A stretch of DNA of 64,000 nucleotides from the human T2T-CHM13v2.0 reference genome, Homo sapiens: assembly GCF_009914755.1 (NCBI RefSeq), contig NC_060931.1; one strand, given 5' to 3'. This document shows, one piece after another, positions 51,876-64,000 of the stretch. Both the position numbers and the translations under genes were made by a program. Every line of letters begins with the position of its first letter. Position 1 is the stretch's first letter. The notes below the pieces were generated by a model, which saw only the letters and a list, made by a program, of their open reading frames with translations, did no database searches and had not been told where the DNA came from.

Positions 51876-54369
51876 CTACTAAGAGCCACATTTTAGGCTC
51901 TTATTAATATCAACATCATTTTCTTTGTGATGGTGTCTGATGTCACTAAGTACAAAGGGCAAAAGGAAAACATATACATATAGATCAAATCAGATTCCTT
52001 GAGAGTAAAATGTGGACTTATAAATATTGGTAGAACACAAGTAAATGGGGACTGTCCAGAGAAAACTGGGGAGTATAATCACTGAATTTAGAGACCCTAT
52101 TTAGAGAAGAACTATCTGGGCTTACAGAAGAACACACTCTGTAATAACAGTGACTCATCCATCTTTGAGCTTTAACCACTTAGCACAGTACTTTGCATAT
52201 AGTAAAAAGTCAATACATGTTTATTGAACTACATAGGAGTCTGGTGAAGAGGTCAACTTCATATGGGGACAAATGGCCTATTTCATCAGTTCAATGTGGG
52301 ACTAGCCAGTCCACTCAGTAGATAAAGTTTGGGCAGATTTCCCACCTTATTGCTGTATTTTCAAAACTATTAACATCCTTGGTATTTATAATCCCATATA
52401 TGATGCAAATCCAAGAGCCAGAAGAGATTGTCAACTCAGGAGAAGAGGTCACAGAAAGAAATGAATGGGCTGCTGAGACGTTCGATAGCAATGTTAGGAA
52501 TTTCTGTGGTTGAAAAAAGAAAATAAAATTGAATATCTTTACTTCTTTAGAGAAAGCATAAACAATGAGTGATTATTGAATTGAGAACTACTTTGTAGAG
52601 GGCAATCTAATTGTTGACTATGCCCCTGGAGGTGTAAATCAGAAAATCATTGGATACCACTAGTTCACAAATTCTCTTTCATCACACGCAAACAACAAAT
52701 GCCTCAACAATCAATCAAACAGTTCATTCAGAATCTGGTGCTGTGTCAGAAAGATTGCTAAATGCTATTTGTTACACTGCATTATCTTTCAGTAAGTAAG
52801 AATATAGTTTTTCTAAGTTTTTCTCTCAATCAAAACCACATATTGATATATACCTGCTGTCTTTCACAAGTCAAAAATACCAACAAAGCTTTGAATTGCT
52901 TTCAGCTATGTGGAGACAACTCGGTTCATTCCCCTTGACAGGTTATAAACTTTAAGCATTAATTCTATATTTACATATTGCTAATTTAAAGGAGTGAATG
53001 TCACTTTACCTTTACTGATTATCAAATCAGTGACTGTCTCAAATTAGGGTATAATTAATAAAGCAAGTATTCTTGCTAACTTTGAACAATGAGAATGTGG
53101 AAAGATTTTATTTTCTATGTCTTCCATTTTAATTAATAAATCAGTGTTCTGCTAAGGATTGCAATGTATTTATGTAAAAGACAAAATAATTTTTGGAGGG
53201 CCTGAGGAAGGAGTAGTGATGGCAGGGTGTCATTAGGCTGACGTGAGCTTAGCGAAACTTTCATAAGTATTTGCTGATTTTATTTAGGAAAAGGCTCTTA
53301 TTTAAAAACACTCAATGAAAAAAACACAGTAAGAAAACCACAGGAAAAAAATAAAATAAAATAAATGGAAACATTTAGGCATTAGGATTATATTTATCAA
53401 AAATATGAATATAATTACTGATCATAGATTAGTTCTTGTTTTTTAACAAAACTTAAATTTTGATATTTCAGGAAAATGTCTTTTTATTTCCCCTAAGAAA
53501 AGAGAAATTAGAAATCAAGCAGGCATAAGTATTTATTCTCTCAACCTTGAGCATGCAAATCTCTGAATTTATATTTAACTGGAATAGTAACATTTAAAGA
53601 CATTCTGGAAGTGGGAATGGGAGGAGGACTAGAGGGTATTAATTATGCTACATAAGCCGTCCAAAATATAAAGGAGATTTAATTCATCAGAAACAATGCA
53701 ACTGGAGATTTTTTAAAAACAAAATATTTTCTTTATAATGTTTAAGATGTCTTCACAACTTAACTCCTACATTTTACCCATATATTTCTCTAAAAGCGTA
53801 ACAGATCTAGTACCCCCAAGAACTGGACAAAAGTTCAGGGATTAGACGTGAGAATAAGAGAGCAGGAGGCAGAATGAAAAGGTAGACATAATTTCTTTCT
53901 TCATTTTAGATTCTAGACACAAAGGAGAGAACCAATCTTGAAACAGTTTATATTCCTTGGAGACGAACAATATGTAAATGAATAGCATTCTACTACTATT
54001 AAGTTTATCGGGGCCAGGTACAAGTTATATATGGAAAAAGATCCAATTTTATTCTTAGTTTAGCAAGAATAAGAAGCTAAAATGGGGTCATTTTTAGTTA
54101 TTTAAATTTAAATAACTTTGCTAATGCTGCCCTCCATTTCTCACATTATGAATATTCACAGTTTTGTGCGCCATGTTGTCAACTCTAGTTTCAGCAAGTA
54201 TCATTTATAACTTAAATATATATCAAAATGGATTGTCTTAATAAATATTTTAAAAGTCTTAATTGCTTTCTAGTGAACATTATATAGAAGCCAATGAGAC
54301 TTTTGGAGTGAGTTGCTCCAGGGATGCCCAGACCTAGGAGAAGATAATTGTTGACCTTTTACATAAACA

Positions 54370-54543
54370 GGTATTTTCTTCAGTATGAATTACATACCGG
54401 CATCACCTATAAAACTTTTGAAAAATACTGATGTCCAGACTCCAATCCAGATCAATTAAACATCTCCTCTAGGACTGGGACCCCAGATACAGTAATTTTC
54501 AACTCCTCAGATGCTTATTTCAAGCCAGGGTTGAGAAACAATG
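54370..54543. mobile_element. MER5-like hAT-Charlie MITE
   Basis: ATCACCT...AAAAATACTGATGTCCAG...AGCCAGGGTTGAGAAACAATG. Confidence 0.7.
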
Positions 54544-54569
54544 ATGTAAATGTTTTAATAAGGATTAAA

Positions 54570-54770
54570 CCTCTCAGTGGTGGAAACTCAGCTTCCCACT
54601 TCCTTTCTCTCTCTCCCTCATACTAGCTGTGTGATTTGGCCAAATTTCCTCCTTTATAAAATGAGGATGAAACTAGTAACTCTCTCAGGGGATTGCTAAA
54701 TTAATAACATGAGTTAATATTTGTAGAATAATTCAAACAATAGTAATAACTGTGTAAATGTCTGTTAAAT
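54570..54770 (+). mobile_element. MIR
   Basis: TACTAGCTGTGTGATTTGGCCAAA...CTTTATAAAATGAGGATGA. Confidence 0.65.
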
Positions 54771-54944
54771 AAATGTAAAAAACAAATCAGGCCTTGGAGT
54801 AAAGGGGAAACCCATTTTAGGATGGTAAGGGAGTAGGTTTAGTAGTCTGAAGTCCTGAGAGGTCTCACAACAGTCAGAACATTATTAATGGTTTAGCTTG
54901 GGCTTGATCAAAAAGTCCAATCAAATAGAAATTGTTTCAATATT

Positions 54945-55832
<888 letters not shown>

Positions 55833-57699
55833 GTTAAGGGATAATCATTCTATGCCTCTTTGAGACTGCTTTAGTGGGAGCCTATGTTCAACTAGATTTA
55901 AAATCTGTGAGATGGCACATTCAGAGGCCCTGAAAGGATCTTCTCTCATTGCACAAAGCTGCCTGCCTGTTATTTCTGAAATTCTTTTAAGAGTGGACAT
56001 AACATTCATGTTAAGACTTAAAATGGAAATTACTCTGGACAAGAGAAATACTTCTCTAGACTCAAATTAAGATATAATTTGTTGACATGAGATCCTCTCT
56101 GGGGAAAAAAAAGTTTTGATGGGACAAGAGGTAAAAGAAGCCAGGGAACAAGTAAATGGGCACAGAGAGGTGAAGCACTGGGCACACAGCCCACTGATCA
56201 CAGCTGCCAAGGCTGGGCCCTTGTGAGAACTCTAAAGCACCGGCTACTCAGGAAGTCACATTCTGGCATCTTAGAGCCCTCAGTGTAACTCCCAATTTCA
56301 TAATCTGCCTAAATTACTTTGATTCAAAATCAATTCTTTGGGTGGTTATAGATGGGATGGATTGTGGGTGCCAAAACAGTCCTTCAATTCAGTGAAAGCC
56401 TTGATTGTTTGACATTATGAGGATTAAATATTGTGGTTATTGGCTAATTTCTTTCACATTTAAAGATGTTGCTGGGACATCATGCAGACAAGCCAGTTTT
56501 AGCTCTAGCAACTGCCAGAAATGGCACTGTGACCTTAAGACTTGGACACTTTTATCTTGGAAACTGGACCACTAGAAGACTGAAAGATTTTACTTCCTTT
56601 TCCAGATACGCTTTTTTAGGGTGCTGTGTGTGCTTCTGTTTTTATTTGGCTTGCCCCCCTTCAATTTCATTTACTCCTATTTAACAAATGTGTACTGAGC
56701 AACTGCTATACATCAGTGCTCCATGCAGAGTAATAACGTGCTTTTTAAAAATTAGCTTCTCTGTGACCTCTGTGGTGAATTTGTCAGATTTCTGCTGTGA
56801 AATTTGGTTTGTGTTTTTTCTATAAATCTGACCTGTCGATTTAATCCTCCCATTTCTAACTTCTGCTTCTGTTTCTTCACTCTGCTGCCCAGAATTACAT
56901 TAATGTGCCTTTGTTTCCATGACATCAGAATCCTCTGGTTTTCCCCCAAGTCCTTTCTGCTGTCTCTTTCTCTGTCTTCCTCACTCCTTCCATGTTAAGT
57001 GCTCTTTAGATCAAATTTCCTTATTCTTCTAGGTGGGTTACATGTCCCTTCTATATGTCCCCATAATACCTTACTAAAAAAAAAAAATCATCCTGCACTG
57101 TAATGAGTTGTTTGCATGTTGGTATTTTAACCAGAATTTAAATTACTGGGGAAAGAAACTGGATAGTATTCACTGTTTTAACTACTACGAAGTCCAATGC
57201 CTAAAACTGAAAATAAACTCTACTCCTGATAGAGCAGATCCAAGATATTTTGCCTGAAGGAGACACATGACAGAGAGCATCAGGGCCATTCCAGGCCCAT
57301 GAGATAGTGAAATGAGATCGTGAAATTAGATCTAATGCTATAAAGCAGCTCTTCCCCAAAACAGAAAACCATGGCACTTCCAGTTCAGGAATATGGAATG
57401 AGAATCTTTGTTAATCACCAGATAGTGTTGCAGACTTAGAAACCAAGGCCCTATACTTATACTTGGGTGTAAACTTTTACTTAACTCAGAGTTAAGACAG
57501 TACCTTTTGCCACATTTAAAAGAAAGTTAAATCTCAACATAGGTGGGCTGTGATACTGACTAAAAGAATAATTGGAGACCAGAGATTTTTATGGAAGAAA
57601 TGAAGAGCAATAATTGTTATTGAATAACTCAGGTAAAAAATGATTCTGTGAAACTTCTTAAGAAGGGCATGCTCATCTGTCCAATAAATCTTCTTCTAG

Positions 57700-59290
<1,591 letters not shown>

Positions 59291-59799
59291 GATGTATAGA
59301 AAAGAGTATGAAAGATTATATATCAATATCTTATCATTAAAGTTTATAGAATACACACGCATACGTACTTAATTTGGCTCTCTTCAGAGAGTGGAATTTA
59401 AGGTGATTTTTTGAAGTTTTTATTTTAATACATAAATAGTTTCTTAGTTTCTCAGTTCTAATGAACGTAACAATAATAAAGTTCTACCACGCTTCAAAAA
59501 ATGCTTTCTTCAAATGGAGTTAAATAGTGCCATGACTTATAAACTTGCTATTCACTCTTCCTCATTGATATGATTAGTCTTTAGTAAATGTTATATGTGA
59601 TATCTTCATCGCGCTCATCTTTTCTTCTCCATTAGTTTCGTTTGATATACTTTAGTGAGGGTTTAGAAGCCTAATACTTGAGATCTTCAATTGCATTTGA
59701 AGATTTTGTATTCACCTTTTACTGATATAATAAATGATTATAAGTGCATTTGGAATTACTTACACTAGAATGAACATCACAGGGATGATTGGTATAGCA

Positions 59800-60050
59800 A
59801 TGATGACGGTGAGAGTAACACACACTATTGTAGATTTCCTATGCATCCGACTCTACCATAAACACATACAATACTCAGACTAGTCTCATGAAAGAGATAC
59901 TATTGCTTCACCCTTTTAAAGATAAGGAAACTGAGAAACAGATATGAGATTAAATAATTTGTCTAAGATTACCCAAGTAAATCAGGGAGCTTGAATTCAA
60001 AGTGAGATTTGTTTGGTTTCAGTGGCTGTGATATTGGCCACTTTACTTTT
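59800..60050 (-). mobile_element. MIR
   Basis: CCCTTTTAAAGATAAGGAAACTGAGAAACAGA...TTAAATAATTTGTCTAAGAT. Confidence 0.7.
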
Positions 60051-60352
60051 CTACCAACAAAACGGTCATCTCTCTGTTAATAGCCTCCACAAGATGGGAA
60101 TCAGATTAATTTAAACCGAGATTCAGGCAATGATGAAACTTATCAGAGGGATTTTTTCCACCTGGCACTAGATAACTCCTCACTCTCCCTAAGGTCTCCT
60201 GTTAAGCTATTAAATTGCTGGTATAAGACACAGGCATAAGGAGATAAGCACAAACATTAACTTCTAATTCTTCCTCTTTCACTAATTTGGTATAATTTTT
60301 CAACAACTTCTTTCTATATAGCAGATTTCTCAGTTTTAAAATTAATGTTTTT

Positions 60353-60661
60353 GGCTGGGTGCTGTGGCTCACGCCTGTAATCCCAGTACTTTGGGAGGCT
60401 GAGGCAGGCAGATCACTTGAGGTCAGAAGTTCCAGACTAGCCTGGTCAACATGGTGAAACCCCGTCTCTGCTAAAAATACAAAAATTAGCCGGCTGTGGT
60501 GGCAGGCACCTGCTACTAGGGAGGCTGGGGCAGGTGAATCACTTCAACCCAGGAGATGGAGGTTGCAGTGAGCTGAGATTGCACCACTGTACTCCAGCCT
60601 GGGCAACAGAGCAAAACTCTTATCTCGAGGAAAAAAATAAATAAATAAAATAAAAAATAAA
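60353..60661 (+). mobile_element. Alu (AluS-type) with a small right-arm deletion
   Basis: TSD AAAATTA(A/G)TGTTTTT on both sides. Confidence 0.95.
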
Positions 60662-61666
60662 AAAATTAGTGTTTTTATTTTTTCTAAGAAAACTTCCAGT
60701 GCAGCATTTAAAAAATATTTTATAAATGTTTGCTTCAAATGTATAATTATACACCAGTAATATTTTATTCCAGTTGGAGACTCAGGAATCAATTTTACAA
60801 TAAAATATTAAAATATAAAGAGGTTTTATAAATACATTTTGGCTTTCTATCATGTTAGTAGGGTGGTAGTGAAGACCATCACAGAGGTATTTAAGTTCTA
60901 AGGTAAGATCTTCCATTATTTTCAACAGATATTGCTTAAACAAGAGCAGGCCACTAGGACTTTCATGGTCCCTGCTTTTTCTGTTGAAATGAGGCCAGAA
61001 GAGAACAGTGATTTGCTCTGGGGAGTGTTTGCCTTATGTAGACAAAGCCCTAAGAAGTAGACTCCTAATAGCTGTAGAGGGAAGGTTGAACGTTCAGAGC
61101 TTCTTGCAATGTTAATTAAAGTCTATCATTCTTTGGAGAACTTTGAACATAATGAACACTGGTAACATGGGTACTGCTTGGCTAATCAACATTAAGTTAA
61201 ATGTAGATAGTGATTAGCACTATTATACTCTGAGTTGACACATGTTCAATTCTGGGAATAAATAAAATTTTCTCTAATTTTTTGTAGTTTTAAAATTGGA
61301 AAAACGAATAGAATGAGAAATAAACTTTATACAGTCGCATGGTCAATCATGGTGTTTGAATCGCGTAAGTTGAAAAGGGATATTTGGAAGCCTTAGCGGA
61401 AAAGTCAGGGAGCTTCAACCGACCTTTAAATTTCACAGGTGCCTATTTTCTAACAAGAAAATATTTGTATAGAAGCAGTGAGGAAGAACCATTCATTCTA
61501 ATTATAGAAAAACCTTGCCATAACCCGAGAAGTGCGCCCTAAAAATACAATCGCATAAAATAAGGGGTTTCTTTCATTCAGATTTCTGTGTCCTGCTGCA
61601 GTAGGACCCGTTTCCGGCGGTTTCACTGCAGCATCTAACCCCATTCCTTTCAGTCCCTGCTGTGGT

Positions 61667-61686
61667 TTGGCGCCATCTGGTGGAAG
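61667..61686 (-). promoter_or_regulatory. CTCF binding motif
   Basis: Minus strand CTTCCACCAGATGGCGCCAA matches core CCASYAGRKGGCRS at every position; lies in a CpG-retaining patch. Confidence 0.75.
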
Positions 61687-61899
61687 TTAGGCTCTGGTTT
61701 AAAAAGCAAGCAGTTGATTTTGGTTCCTGTGTCTGGATGCCAAGGACTTCCAGGATAGCGTTAGCGATTTTGAAACTTCCTAGTTAGTTTACAATTGTTT
61801 CATCTCCCCAGACTCTCCAGCAGGAGAGTCTGACCCAGGAGAATATTGGAGATGAAGGGATCCACTATTTCTCCCACTTTTTCAGATGGAGGATGAGAG

Positions 61900-62460
61900 G
61901 AGTGCAGCAGCCAATTCCCATTCACATTATATCCAAATTGGTGTTATCACAGCATTTTACTGAATGTATGCCCATCCATAAAGTATTGGTTGATTGGTTG
62001 ATTCTTAACCTGAATTAAGGCTGGAGGCCAATGCTGGAGTTATCTACTCTTGCAGAGGCAGATAGTTTTTTCTTCCCTTCATTAATTTCCTAGCTGACCA
62101 GGCTTCCAGTTTTCATTGTCTCTGTCTGGGGCTTTTATTTAAGGTTCTGCTGGGTACCCAGCCCCTTTTTATGGTTCATTCTTTTTTGTCTGTAATCATT
62201 GCAAGTTCCTCAGCTTAGTATTTCTTCATTATACACAGCAGTGTTGGCTTGTTTGCTTCAGAACTTCCAGAATCTCTTCACTGCTTTTGGCTGCTGGTGG
62301 AGTGGTGGTTTGAATTTTATTATTTATATAGTTTGTATATTTTATAGCTTTCTACCAGCAAATTGAATTTAGTTTTATTTGTACATTTCTGTGATCTTTT
62401 CAAAGAGATTTGGAGAAGGAAGAGAGGTAACTATATTTGCTTAGGCAGTCACCTTGTTAG
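61900..62460 (-). mobile_element. Possible HAL1/old L1 5' region
   Basis: GATTTGGAGAAGGAAGAGAGGTAA...GCTTAGGCAGTCACCTTG resembles the antisense 5' end; very diverged. Confidence 0.4.
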
Positions 62461-62473
62461 GGAGTTTGTTCCC

Positions 62474-62818
<345 letters not shown>

Positions 62819-62854
62819 TAACCAATAACGGCATTTCTCAGTTATGGACTGAAT

Positions 62855-62969
62855 GTGAGGACACTGTGAGAAGGCAGCCATCTACCAGGCCAGAAGAGGG
62901 CCCTCACCAGCACCTGAGCATGCTTTGAAGTCAGGTGGATGCTGGCACCCTGCTCTTGGGCTTCCTACC
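62855..62969 (+). mobile_element. MLT1A/MST-like LTR fragment
   Basis: GTGAGGACACTGTGAGAAGGCAGCCATCT...GGGCCCTCACCAG. Confidence 0.7.
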
Positions 62970-63339
62970 TATATTAGTCCTTTCTCACACTGCTATGAAG
63001 AACTGCCGGAGTCTGGGTAATTTATAAAGATAAGAAGTTTAATTGACTCACCGTTCTGCATGGCTTGGAAGGCCTCAGGAAACTTACAATCATGGCAAAA
63101 GGCAAAGGAGAAACAGGAAACTTCTTCCCGAGATGGCAGGAGAGAGAATGCATGCAAGCAGGGGAAATGCCAGATGCTTATAAAACCATCAGATCTCATG
63201 AGACTCACTCATTATCATGAGAACAGCATGGGGGAAACTGCCCCCATGATCCAATTATGTCCACCTAGTCCTGCCCTTGACACATGGGGACTTCAATTCA
63301 AGATGAGATTTTGGGTGGGGACACAGCCAAACCATATCA
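62970..63339 (-). mobile_element. THE1 (C/D-like) LTR
   Basis: TATATTAGTCC...CTGGGTAATTTATAAAG...GGGGACACAGCCAAACCATATCA. Confidence 0.92.
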
Positions 63340-64000
63340 TCCCACCCCTGACCCCTCCCAAATCTCATGTCCTCACATTTCAAAACACAATAATGCCTTT
63401 CCAATGTCCCTCAGAGTCTTAGCTCATTCCAGCATTAACCCCAAAGTTCAAGTCCAAAGTCTGATCCGAGACAAGGCAAGTCCCTTCCGCCTATGAGCCT
63501 GTAAAATCAAAAGCAAATTGGTTACTTCCTAGTCACAATGGGGGTAGAGGCATTGGGTAAATACACCCTTTGCAAATGGGAGAAATTGGCCAAAACAAAA
63601 GGGCTACAGGCCCCATGCAAGTCTAAATTCAAAATGGATTTTGCAAATTTTCCAAACTTTTATGTTCTGCTTCCCTTTTAAATGTAAGTTTCAATTCCAT
63701 GTTTTATCTTTGTGAATACATAAAACTGAATGCTTTTAATAGCATCCAAGTCACATAGTGAATGCTTTGCTGCTTAGAAATTTCTTCCACTAGATACCCT
63801 AAATCATCTCGCTGAAGTTCCAAGTTTCACAGATCTCTAGGGCAGGGGCAAAATGCTGCCAGTCTCTTTGATAAAACATAGGAAGAGTCACCTTTATTCC
63901 AGTTCCCCACAAGTTCCTCATCTCCGTCTGAGACCCCCTCAGCCTGGACTCATTGTCCATATTACTATCAGCATGTTGGTCAAAGCCGTTCAACAAGTCT
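63340..64000 (-). mobile_element. THE1-int (internally deleted; runs off the window end)
   Basis: CCCTCCCAAATCTCATGTCCTCACATTTCAAAAC, GAGACAAGGCAAGTCCCTTCCGCCTATGAGCCTGTAAAATCAAAAGC. Confidence 0.92.

Noticed and set aside
53910-54017. Possible exon (TTTTAG| ... CAG|GTACAA)
   Set aside because: Weak donor and no supporting context

Overview
Primate genomic DNA, most likely human or another catarrhine (AluY, THE1 and L1PA elements are present). It is AT-rich, CpG-depleted and intronic or intergenic, and dominated by transposon remnants: about 29 Alu or Alu-monomer copies, L1, HAL1, L2, MIR, MaLR/ERV LTRs and a few DNA transposons. No recognisable protein-coding gene, RNA gene or CRISPR array is present. 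Nearly all ORFs in the track are Alu/L1-derived or chance frames. Repeat subfamily names come from my recollection of consensus sequences, not from a RepeatMasker run, and boundaries of old elements are approximate. The best structural signals are a textbook twin-primed (5'-inverted) ~6.2 kb L1, a probable L1-mediated 3' transduction, a local duplication of an L2 fragment, and a THE1 LTR with a chimeric internal duplication. Two CpG-retaining unique islands look regulatory: an RFX X-box element at ~48.8 kb and a strong CTCF motif at ~61.7 kb. There are also candidate + strand spliced exons (8006-8310, 28848-28970) that join in frame. I found no convincing novel multi-gene system.
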